Origin: Chrysomallon squamiferum
Lineage: Eukaryota > Animalia > Mollusca
NCBI GenBank assembly: GCA_012295275.1
Contig: CM022679.1
Span: 1,736,001-1,800,000, forward strand
DNA length: 64,000 nt
Direction of reading: 5' to 3'
This document shows, piece after piece, positions 1 to 12,000 of this stretch (positions within the stretch are counted from its first letter, which is position 1; each line of letters opens with the position of its first letter). The notes under the pieces were generated by a model. The model had not been told where the DNA came from, did no database searches, and saw nothing but the letters and a program-made list of their open reading frames with translations. A program made the position numbers and the translations under genes.

Positions 1-402
1 ACTACTACTTCAATTCTGAAACACATTTGTTATTTATTCGTAGATATATGACACTAATATTGTGCATCTCAAACCATAGATATACATACCATAATTATAA
101 AAATGATAAAAAATTTCAGTCAAAAGAATATCATTTATTTTTAAGTATTTTTCAATAAAATGATAAAATTCTGCAAAATCTACAAGTAGGCTAAAACAAA
201 ATCCAAACTAAAATAAACACAGATGCTGTTCCAAGGGAGACAACACACATTTAAACATGACAGTTACAAATTAGTGAACAGAAGACTTTAAAAAAAAAAA
301 AAAATCTAAAAAAAAAAAAAAAAATAAAAATAAAAAAAAGTAGCTGAACAATAAAACAATAAAATAAACACATAGTTGTTAAACACTGGCTAAAACAACA
401 GA

Positions 403-2650
403 TCTGCAAATATCAGATGAAAACACAGCAGCTGGGTGGTGTGTTCACTGAAGGGGTGGAGATATCATTCCATCTGCAATAACAAGAAATTATTCACATA
501 ATATTAAATTATTATTCTAAATATCAGGGCTTTGTTTATTCTAATAACTGAAAACAAAACTGAATATCAGTAATGAGTTGTTTAAATGACCCAAAAATCA
601 AACAATGGTTTGTATATAATGGACAATCATATATAAACAACTGTACCTCTCACTAACCCTATAAAGGCTGGTTAAATAAAGCTATTCCCATGCATGCAAC
701 ATATGCACAAATACACCTAATAACGGTAATAACAATTTTAATATTTAATTAATTTGGAAATGGATTTTTTAATATGGTTGAAGTTACAAAATCTCGAAGA
801 AAGTCGCTCCTGCCTGTTAAAGTGTGTATACTTGTGTATTTGTGTGTGGTTGTGTGCATGTGTGTTTGTAAGTGTGTGTATGTGAATGTGTGCCTGTATG
901 TGTATGTAAAAGATGTGGATATACATCAGGACATATATTTTACATTAGTATCTTTTTTGCAATAATTTCCTGAATTACTGTTTGTAAATATGTGTGTGTG
1001 CATCCAGGTATCTGGATAATGTTTATATGTATGCGGATAGGCATAAATGTATATGAATACGAATTCTTAAATAAATAAACATAGATGGCATTAGCACATC
1101 AATACAGTTTATAAATAATAGTTTACCATGAACTGGACTGATGGTCACATACATATCTGATCCATCACCAACCAACATAATTCTGTTGAAAGTAAACCTC
1201 CTTATCTGTCTGTATGTCACAGTTCCATTAGAATTATGGGTAATATTTATTTTGTACCTCTCTTCACTAGTAATAAAAAAGAGACAGAAAGAGAGAAGTA
1301 AATAATAATAATAATAATAACAATAATAATGTCAAATATAAAATTGTGTTTGAAAAAGGACACCAACACCCAAAGTATTATTATTTACATATATATACAG
1401 TTGTTGTTGTTTTGGTTTTTTTTTATTTTTTTTTTATTTTTATTTTTTTGATAATTATAATAATAATAGTCATAAATAAATAAGTAAATAACACTGAACA
1501 TGAATCTTTGTAAAATGATATAATTAGTACAATGTAACGGTGCTTTCAGTGATTTGTAAGTAGAATCTACAAACACAGGACAATAATTTGATTTTCAAAG
1601 GATTTTAAAATATGTGATATGAGCTTTAATTAACTGAAAGAGGTCCTGTCTCTTGCAATGCAGGCTTTTGTCCACTTTTAAATTCATCCGGATTAGACCT
1701 GCTGAACATATATATTTATAGATACATTTCTTCCAGATATTAAACAGCATGCCTCTTTTCAATACTATTTCCTTCAAAAAGAAAGAAAATATAATAATAA
1801 AAAATATATATAAAATAAAATAAATAATTAAATAAAAAATTTAAAATTAAAAACGTAAAAGATAAAACAAAACAAAGAAGGATGAAAGGTTGTTGTTCTT
1901 TTGTTTTTATTATGTATTTTTTTTAAACTTGAACTTTAAATCTAAGATTACTTGTAATAATCACACAAGAAAGAAAAATAATTTTTCGTAATCTAAACAG
2001 TATTAGATATATTCATAATGACATGCTTGTGTTCAAGTACAAATGATTCATACAAAATGAATTAGTATTAGTATTTAGTATTATGATATTATCACACTGC
2101 ATAACATTTTCTTGGAAATTTTCTTGAGCATCCAATAAACAACAGTGATTCATAAAAGTGTTCTAAACCATATCTTGGAATTAATCCCTGTCAATTTCTT
2201 CACTGAACCAAAGAAATGAGGTAGTTACAAATCCATTCTTAACATAATAAAAAAAAATATATATAAAATTGTTGCGTCATTCAATTATTGTTGGCTAAAG
2301 ACCTTGGATGTGCAAACCAAGACCTGGTCCAATGCAACAAGTCACATTATGTCTACCCTCTATGCAATAACGTAAAAAAAATTTAAAAAGTAAAATTTAA
2401 AAAATTACTTCATCCATATATTATTTAACTGCGCTCTTTTGACATTATATTTCATTATTAATTATAACTGAAAGCAAAACAAAGAAAACAAATAAAGGAA
2501 ATAAGCAATACATATATTTAAATAATTTCTTTGCATCACCAAACTAAAATTATATTTCGTAATCTTCTTATTCACAGTCACCTTGACAACTGGTATCACA
2601 GCAACACCACTGATGACAACACATATTCCCAAACAGAAGATAATTTTCAT
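403..2650 (-). pseudogene. CD36 / scavenger receptor class B family gene relic (intron-containing, disrupted)
   Basis: Collinear minus-strand exon remnants translated by hand: 2650-2555 N-terminal hydrophobic segment MKIIFCLGICVVISGVAVIPVVKVTVNKKITK; 1771-1640 EIVLKRGMLFNIWKK, then frameshift/stop, then IYMFSRSNPDEFKSGQKPALQETGP; 1266-1127 (AG/GT bounded) EERYKINITHNSNGTVTYRQIRRFTFNRIMLVGDGSDMYVTISPV; 473-403 DGMISPPLQ*THHPAAVFSSDICRS. These match CD36-family motifs (NPxEFxxGxKPxLxExGP, NGTVTY, FSSDICRS). Confidence 0.8.
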
Positions 2651-2820
2651 TTTAGTTTTTAATTTTCATTTCATGATAAAGCTGAGTTTTCATTTGACTC
2701 TAAATCATCTCAGTTTATTTCTAGTTTATAAAGTGAAAACGTGAGCTTCCACCATTAACTAGAAATATAAATTCTTATATATGTCATATAACATCTAAAA
2801 AAAAAAAAATAATAATATTA

Positions 2821-4970
2821 GGGACATTCCGTGTCAAATCATCCCCCACAAATAATCTTAAACCCGACCGTCCCAGTGGTGTGGTAGAAATGACTCCCCG
2901 AATTTTGAGATTTTCGGCCAAAATGGGCGTGACCACCAACCTTTGAACCCTCATATCTCAGAGACTACTGGGCCAATCTTCATAAAATTGGTACTGTTCA
3001 GTTTGGAGAATGTTGGGGTACACATTGTTGTGACCTTGTGAATCATGTGACCTTGAAATGACCTTTCTTGTAATTTAATCTCCCACATGTTAACTAAAAG
3101 AAATACAAGTTTCAGAGGTGTAATACTCTTGTCCATTAAAATAAAACCTTTTCTGCCATTAACATCTGATTAGCTAAAACCTGAATGACCAGTTCCTGAT
3201 GCTAGGAATCACCACCTCTCTTGATCGCCGATTAAGACGTTGTAGGCCTGCATGTATGATGATGGTATGATATCAAACCACTTCCCTCATTGCCTTCTCA
3301 TCAGTTCAGCAGTCAGAGAATCATTCAGTCACCCACTTCCCCCATAGTCTTGCAATTCTGTCATCATCCTTTTTACTCAGAGAGTACATCCGCCGAGAAG
3401 ATGCAACAGAAGGTGTATCTATGACACAGAAGATGTCCTCTTGACTAAACCAACAAGAGTCTTCTTCGTTTGGCTAGTGAAATAACTTAGAAGGTCCGTG
3501 AGGATGCATGAAGCGAATGAAGAAGTCTCCATACTCTTCTGAAATATCCTCAACTAGACCAACCAATGCCTCATTGTCATACAGATAACAAACAAAGTTT
3601 TGCTTCTTGGCTTCAGTGGAAGGCTCCTCTGGTAACTCTGTGATATCATCCTCAGAATCCTTGATAGATACTAGTTCCGGAGGGTCACTCTGCAGGCTCA
3701 GCTTGTAGGCATGCATCTTTGACTTAGGCACTGGAACTAACCGGTGAAATTGCTGTGTTCCCTTGACCGTTTTGGCCACTTGAAACCTTTCTTGTAGTTA
3801 CAACTCATGCTTTGCTGTGTGGTCTGGTGTGATGTTGAAAACGTGAATGCCTGGAATATTCTTGATGCAGAAGTCCATGATAGTCCATGATGGTCATGAT
3901 TGGGTCTCTTCACTGTCCCCCACAATTCCATAACAGGCACTTGTCGAAAAAAGTTCCATTCACTTTCCAATCCAAAGTCCTCTTCATGATGGCACAGGTT
4001 AACAAATTTGTTCTTATTTTTATACGGTCCAGCACAGCCATCAGTGAAATAATGGATCTTTTTCACATGAAGAAACGCAGTCTGAGGGTATGGAACAACA
4101 ACACCCAAGAAAGAATACACAGTTACAGTTGAATGCTTCCTAGTGTCACTCACTACACAAATGTTACGGTGTTTCAGGGTTCCATCAGCCAATCTGCAGT
4201 ATGCCACAAAAGGATGTAAGGTAGCCTGTTTATTTTCCCAGTGCAAAAACTTTGAATCGCATCCTAAACAACGTTCGAGAAATGTTCTGCAAATCACCTT
4301 GCAGGATTACATGGAGGTGTCATGGTGGTCTTCAGCTCCTTCATGTACGAAGTTTGGGCTTTGGCAGTGAAACTATGCCGGGTAAGCTTGACAACTTAAC
4401 CTGAAAAGTTGTGAATAAAGTCAGCCCTTGGCTCAGTTATAGTGACTAACTTAGTTCTGTCAGTACTGACCCAGTGAACATCCTCGAGGTCCGAAAGCTT
4501 ATTACAGTTATTCAGATAATCAATCAGACCCTCCTGACCAGGACAATCCTTGCAATGACCCATCATGCACTTTTCACTTTCAACTGAAGAAATACAGAGC
4601 TTCGTCAGATCATGAACTGATGACTTGAGACATGCCTCAGCCATCAATGTAGGATTTTGGTGATATTTACAAACACAGACAGCATGTGTTCCACTGGCTC
4701 CAGCTAGAACACAATATTTAAGACGTAGGGCAGCGAAAGTGGAGAATCCAACTTTCTTGTCCAACTTTCTTTCTCTTTCCATGCAGCATAAAGTTCACGT
4801 GAATTTTAGAGAACTAGGCGTTTCTGATACTTAACCTTCTCACCATGTTTGTTTCGAATGCTCACTTTATCCTTCATTCCCGGACACATTCTACTGTTCT
4901 CGTCACTTTCATAAAATTGGACTATTTCTTCCTTCAATTCATTTGACAGAACTTTTCCTGAAACATTCAG
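2821..4970 (-). mobile_element. Degenerate DNA transposon, Sola2-like DDD transposase relic
   Basis: Frameshifted ORFs 4396-4782, 3737-4297 and 3474-3779 contain FSTFAALRxKYCVLAGASGTHAVCVCKYHQN, QATLHPFVAY, YFTDGCAGPYKNKNKFVNLCHHEEDFGLESEWNFF and VKGTQQFH, motifs I recognise from Sola-type transposases. The GC-richer block starts abruptly at GGGACATTCCGTGTCAAATC (2821, probable terminus); the other end is truncated near 4970. Subfamily assignment is from memory. Confidence 0.7.
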
Positions 4971-5047
4971 AAACTAATTCCAAAATATTAAATTTATTTA
5001 TAAATACTTAAATTATTTAATTTCTTATTTTGATGTTATACAGCATA

Positions 5048-5120
<73 letters not shown>
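5048..5120. repeat. (ATT)n microsatellite
   Basis: Direct reading; one of many ATT/AAT tracts (also near 6407, 18745, 19561, 25076, 26108, 27813, 30349, 55985, 57958). Confidence 0.95.
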
Positions 5121-5121
<1 letters not shown>

Positions 5122-5395
5122 CTATATTTTGACAAATTTAGAGGCTTAATTAAAAAATTGCTGATAATTATAAAATTATTTAAGCGAACTGAATTTGCAG
5201 TTTTACAAGATTAATTATTAATGTTAACACAATAATAAATCTAAAATGATTCAAGTAAATCATAATGATATGATACTTAGCAACTGTGTAAATAAATATA
5301 CTGATGATTTTACAGGCCTCTTTTATACAGTATTGTGTCACATTTTGTTGCTCATGATAAAAGTTTGAGTAAAAGATCTCGATCCCAGAGAGGCA

Positions 5396-5503
<108 letters not shown>

Positions 5504-6034
5504 AACCTGGTATCAAGGTAAAATATATTTTCTTGTTTTTTTTCTTTTAACCAAGGCTTAAAATATAATATAAATAATGAAACTATTTTTTAAATACAAA
5601 CTAACAAAACACCCCATAAGCTGGTAGACTTATGACCACCATTCTTCAGTATTGCAGATACGGTAATATTCTTTAATTATCGACATAACTAATATTTTAT
5701 CACTATCTCGATAACAAGCATTTTTCACTGTTCTGATTAACTAATATTTTTCAGATGGTATTTCAGAAGTGGAAGCAGCTCGTCTGGTTGTTCGAGGAGG
5801 AAAAAGATGATTGAAACATAATAGTTAGTGGATGACTTGTATTTAAACATAACAGACAGTAATTGCAGCTGTAAGTTTGTGAAGTGTGGCTGGTAATGTA
5901 ATTTAACAACAACATCTCATATTTGGATTAAAATTTTGAAGTAGTGTGGACTAAAGTCACTTTTGGGGAATTTAATATTTTAAAAAAATTACAAGATGTT
6001 GATCATTACGACACTAATACTAATATCATTTAGC

Positions 6035-6404
6035 TGTGATCAGCCAGTGCCAAAACATTCATAATTATTATTATCCTAGCAGTGAATGTTAAATGTGATA
6101 TCTACCACCCAGTATGTGATTTAAATTATTCTTAGAAAGAGATTCTGATAAAAATAATTAGTATGTGTTTCTCTGTTTTGATCATCATTTATTCTCAGAC
6201 AACATTTTCAAGTTAATGTTATATCCTATCTAATGATAAAATGAATAGATAACAAATACAAATAAATAACAACTTTCCATAGAATTAATATATATATTTT
6301 TTATTCTCTCAAAAAATATTTTCCACACTGGTTAAAGTAATAAAGCAAAACTATAAAAACTCATCTCACAATACAAAACTCTAAATCTGCAAATCATAGA
6401 ACTA

Positions 6405-6459
<55 letters not shown>

Positions 6460-7345
6460 TAATTAATTTTATTACATCTTCTTTGTTACTTTTGTCAGTA
6501 TGATTGTAAAAAGATAACTGGTTTTATTTTATCAATAATTTCAAATCTAAAGCAATTTATAAGTCCTCCAACAATGCTTTTTCATCAACATCATCTTACT
6601 TTATTTTTCTCATCTAATTTAACTAAGTATGTGTGTTCACATAATTTATAGCAGTAATGGTAGATAGCAGTAGTACTAATGGTGACAAAAGTATTGGTGA
6701 TAATAGTAATAATAATCTAAAATATTTTCTAAGAATAGTATTATATTACTAGCAAAGTAGTGCAATCTAATAACTAAATATTAACATTAGGGTTTAAATT
6801 AATATGGTCTGAAAATGTATATCAAATCATAGAAATATTTTATTTTTTATTTTCAGAGTCACAGAAATTGGCTTCATATGCTAAGCTGCAACTAATAATT
6901 AAAACATATTAATACTTAAGTTAGAAATATATTTGAGCAATAAAACATAGCTTAAATTTAAGAAATATGTCTTTAGTGAGACCAACTTAGGTCATAAAAC
7001 TAAAGTTAGTTAATGTGTTACAGTTAACCAAAAATTTTGTTTTTAATCTTGAAGAGCAATATTTTTAGTTTTTCATGTCTACAAATGATATATTTCATTT
7101 TCTGAATAGTAATGATGTTACCAGAGCGTACTTGTTCCAATTATTTTTTTCAGTTGTAGAAAAAACCCACTAAGATCATGATACAGTTCGATTAGATATC
7201 AAATTAATTTCCTTTCCTTTTCTATGGTGATAGTACCCATTCACAATAAACAAGTAACTTAATTATAAGTTGTAAATTACATTTACAGCAAGCTAAAATG
7301 AAGAAAATTTAATTATTACTTAATGATTAGTTTATTCAAACATCA
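6035..7345 (+). repeat. Dispersed duplicated segment, copy 1 (partner at about 25675-27970)
   Basis: Shared blocks include GATCAGCCAGTG...GATATCTACCACCCAGTATGTGA (6038 vs 25677), TTTAGTGAGACCAACTTAGG (6972 vs 27010) and CCCACTAAGATCATGATACAGTT (7166 vs 27207). Confidence 0.85.
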
Positions 7346-9005
7346 GGCACCCCCCCAAAAAAAAAAAATCAACCAAAAAACAATTCAACCAAAAAACAAA
7401 AAAACAAACAACAACAAAGACAATAAAAATAAAACCCCTAAAAATATCAAGAAAGAAACAAAAACCACAAAAAAGGGAGGGAAAAAACCCCTAAAAAAAC
7501 CCAGCCATATATTTGGTTTCCATCAAATATTGACTTAAATTAGATAATTAGATGTTTCACTGTTTTTTAACATTTTTTTGTGTCATAAAAATATCCTTTG
7601 TATTTATAATAAAGTCTAAATAGTTATATGACAAAATTAAACAAAAAATGTCCACAACTCTATATGTAAAATTATATTCACAATATCATGATACTTTTTA
7701 ACATATAAACTGGACAAAATACAATGTATATACAATAATTTGTATTAATAGGGTGAACAGTGTATCATTCAGCTGTGGCCCCCAAAATGAAACCTAATAG
7801 CTAATCCATAAAAAGTAATAATAATAATAATAACTATTAACTAATAACTGACAGCTTCACAGGAAATTAAAAAATAAACTGCTATATCTGTGTGTGTGTG
7901 TGTGTGTGTGTGTGTAGTATATCCACAAGTGTATTAATACAAGTACTGCAAACATTATTATCTAATTTTTTTTAAAAACTCGATAAAATAATAATAATAA
8001 TATATATATATATACTGATATAGATAGATAGATAGATAGATAGTTTAGTTGTATAATTTGTTTTCAAAGCCATGAATAATACAATATTCAGCTTTAGATG
8101 GCCTACAAAGAGAAACCAAACAATATAAAACAATAATAATAATAACAACTAACCTATTGCTACACATAAAATGAAAAATTAAATTGCTGCAATATGAATA
8201 CTGATTACGAATGTACTACATTTATGTACACAAAGTGTAAAATAATTTTGTATCGGATTTGTTTAAAAGCATCAAAATTAATCATAATTTATCAGGATTA
8301 AAAATACACAAACTGTAAAAAGGCTGATACTCATTTAAAAGTATTTGATAATTAATATTAGTAGTGTACATTTCTACTCGTCTTGTAGAATATCACTGAT
8401 TATATATCGTGTTTTAAGTTGTATGGTTTACAATGCTATATTCTTTTTACTCTTTTTTTTTCAAAAATACTTTATGTATATAACAGTTGGTGTTAGTATA
8501 AATATAAATACTCAGATTCCCATCTTCAGTTTGGTGGAAAAATATGTTATTTTCTAGAATTTCTTTGTCTAAATTAAGTTATTCTTTTACACTTCAGAGA
8601 TTCCTCAGATCTGCAGTAAGTGCCATTGATTACTTTATCAGTTCTTTCCTTTATTGAATTTTGTGCACAATCAATGGATGTATTATTTGAATTTTAAAAT
8701 ATTTCCATGTAACAGTTTTGAAAGGCTGAAATGAAACGTTTTGATAAAAATTATATTCCAGTTGTAAGTTGCTTTAATTGGTTGCAAAAATGAGGCGATA
8801 TTATCGTAGTATACTATATTAGAAGAACAGTAGTTTTTAATAATATACTTTCTTTTTAGTTACATCACCAAAAGTGATTACAGTAATAGATTTTATTTTC
8901 CAAATAAAAAATTGCTAAACACTTCTGTTTTTCAACATGAAACAGTCTGTTCCTATAAACAGATTAGGTATATGTCAAAATGATCTACTTCCATTCTTCA
9001 CAATA

Positions 9006-12000
9006 TTATGTTTTACTTCCTTTGGTGTCTTTTTCACTGAAATATATCAAATTTTTAACAGATTTTATTTGCTTTAGATCTGCGATTGTTGTGGAACTAT
9101 CAGTAGTGATTTTATCAGCTATTTCCAACATCGAACTTATCATGTTCTGTGCATAATCACTGGACATGTTATTTGAATTATATATCAGTTCAAGACTCAT
9201 TTGTTTTGATTTTGTTCTGTTCCAGAGACTAAGCTGAGTTTCTGTGTGGGTTCCCAGATCTCCTGATTGTGTTATTTCAAAACCATATCCAGCCACATCT
9301 GCTTTTTGTAATAAAGGTGCTACAAATTCATCTTCAACAATTACAATCTTGTTTCTGACAATGTTTTTGAGTTTTTCAGGACCAACCAATTCACCAATGA
9401 TATCTGTGGGACACACACAATGATCAACTGAGTTCTGAAGAGCTGTTTTGTTCACTTTCAGAAATTCTTCAATACTGACTTTATCTGATGGAAATTTTGC
9501 AACAAGAGGAATGTAGTTCGTTCCAAGGCCAACAGCATGAGCAGCATTTGGAACGTGTTGCTTGATATCTACTGTTGTTGAAATTGCCACTGTGGCCTGT
9601 TTGGTGATGAGATGTAGAAGCAGTTGATAGATGCTGGTAATTAGCCTGTAAATGGTTAATCCTTTAGTCTTTGATAAGTTACGCAGTGCATCACAGAGTT
9701 CAGGACGTACAGTTTCTTTATGAGATTTGTATACGTCTGATTTTGCTTCAGGTGACTGACTTGTTTTACCTAAAATAATCGCTGGTATATCTTCTTCAAG
9801 GAAGTGTTTCCAAAATTCTTTCAGTTGAAAACCTCTTTCATGCAGCACTTTTTCCATTTCAATCACTATCAAACTTCCTCCTACAGTTTTCAAATCAGAT
9901 AGTGGCATATTATGTTTGTTGAAAAGAAAGATATCCACCATATCTTTTAAAATTGATGCAACTCCTTGCATATCAAAACAAATACTGTTGTAAACAGTTC
10001 TGAGGTGGCATTTTTCTCCTTGAATGAAAATGAACCGAACTGGACCTTGAGTCTCTAAATGAAAAGCTTCTCGTGTGTTCTTTTCTATCACATCAGAATC
10101 GTCTGCTTTTAATATTCTGAAGTCTAGTTTCATTCCATCGTCAAAAATCTTTCTTTTTACATTCCATCTAATGTTTTCACTGGCTGGTACTTTCACAAAT
10201 GTTGTTCTCAGAACTTCATGTCGTGAAATAAGTTGATTCGTTATTTTCTCCCACAGTTTTGGGTCAGCTACTGATACAGGCAGTAATATCTCATTCACAT
10301 AATACAAACTTGGATGAGCAGGATCTCTGCAGTATATCTTGTAGAAAGTATGTTCCATATATGAAAGTGTCTCTTTCGTAACTGGCAAGGAAACATTTGG
10401 TATTTCTGTTTTATTTGCCATCAACAGTTTGGAGTTAATCATGTCTGTAATTTCATTAGCTGAGAGGTTTTGTTGCAGTAGACCATTTGGTGTGATCCTT
10501 ATTTCAAATGTTTGATATATTTGATTACTGAAGGTCATTGCCTGCATTGAGTCCAGTCCCAGGTCTTCCACTCCTTTATCCAGTTCAAGAAGGCTTTGAT
10601 CACAGCTTAAGACATCTGCCAGTAATTCAGTGATAAACTCTTGAACTAATTGACGTCTTGTTTCAAGATCAGACGCTTTAATTTGTTCTAGATCAAAAGT
10701 TAGTTTGCTTTTAATTGTAGTATTTTGTGTCATTTCTGATGTTGGTATTTCAATGATGGGTCTTAATTTGAATTCCAGAGCTGTGTTCTTTTCCTTCATT
10801 ATGCTGTTGGACAATTGAATAGAGTTAAATTTGGCTGCCACAACTGCAGGTTTGTCCAGCATGAGTGCGGCCAGAAGACACTTGTGTATCTCATCAATAC
10901 TAAGTGGAATGTATCCTTGGCTTCTCAAGGCTTCCAAAACAGCAGGTTTATCTTGAAGCAAACCAAGGTTCAGAGGTCCCCAGTTAATACTCTGACCAGC
11001 AAGTCCAGACAGTCTACGTTTCTGTGCTAATGAATCCTGGAAAGCATTGGCAGCTCCATAATTGGACTGACCTGGATTTCCTAAAACTGCTGTTATGGAG
11101 GAATGCATGATAAAAAAGTCAAGAGGTTTGTTTTGTGTAAGAAGATGCATATTCCAAGCACCTTGTATTTTGGGAGAAGCAACCTTCAAAAATGTTTCTT
11201 CTGACATATTGATGAACATTTTATCATCAAGTACAGCCGCACCAAAGATAACTCCTTTTAGCAGTTTTGAGGGAAATTTATAGTCAACTTCACTCAGAAC
11301 TTTTTTTAACGATGTAATATTAGTAACATCTGCCTGGAGGGTGATAATCTGACAGTTATGTGCTTTTTCAAGCTTTCCTATTTCAACCACTTTTTCCCTC
11401 TGCACCATTCTTCGATTTATTGTGACGACTGCGCCGGCACCTCTTTGTGCAAGAAATCGGACAGATTCCCAGCCAAGACCTGTTAGACCACCCACTACAA
11501 TGTAGATTCCATCTGATCGAAGTAGTGACTCTTCGGATACTCGCACAGTCATCAATCTGTTGTCATTAGATAAATGCAGCACTGAGATTTCCATCATTTG
11601 TCCAAAACCAGTTTTCCTCGACTGTTCAGTGACATTTTGAAGAATCTCCGATATTTTCAGTGCAGCATTCCTGATTGTTATTAATCCATGTCTTTAACGT
11701 AGGCATGTTCTCAATAGCTGAACTGTGTGTAAATATATTACCAGTTCTAATGATGTTAATCTGCATATCTAGATTGTGCTTATGAAGTTCTATCGTAGCA
11801 TAGCTTGGACAGACGTTGTCCAAGCAGATTACATGTTTAGAAGATTGCCATAATGTTTGTGTTTGTCCAATAATCTGTTTGTTCAGTTCAACGGTTGAAA
11901 CAACGATTCTTTTCTCTTTTTCTTTCATTCGGATTTCCTCGTTAATATCAGCAATTTCAATGTTAAAACATGATTCATCTGTCTCGACCATTAATAAAAG

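Noticed and set aside
5755-5810. Possible terminal exon DGISEVEAARLVVRGGKR* after TTTTTCAG
   Set aside because: Too short, with no upstream partner exon or recognisable family.
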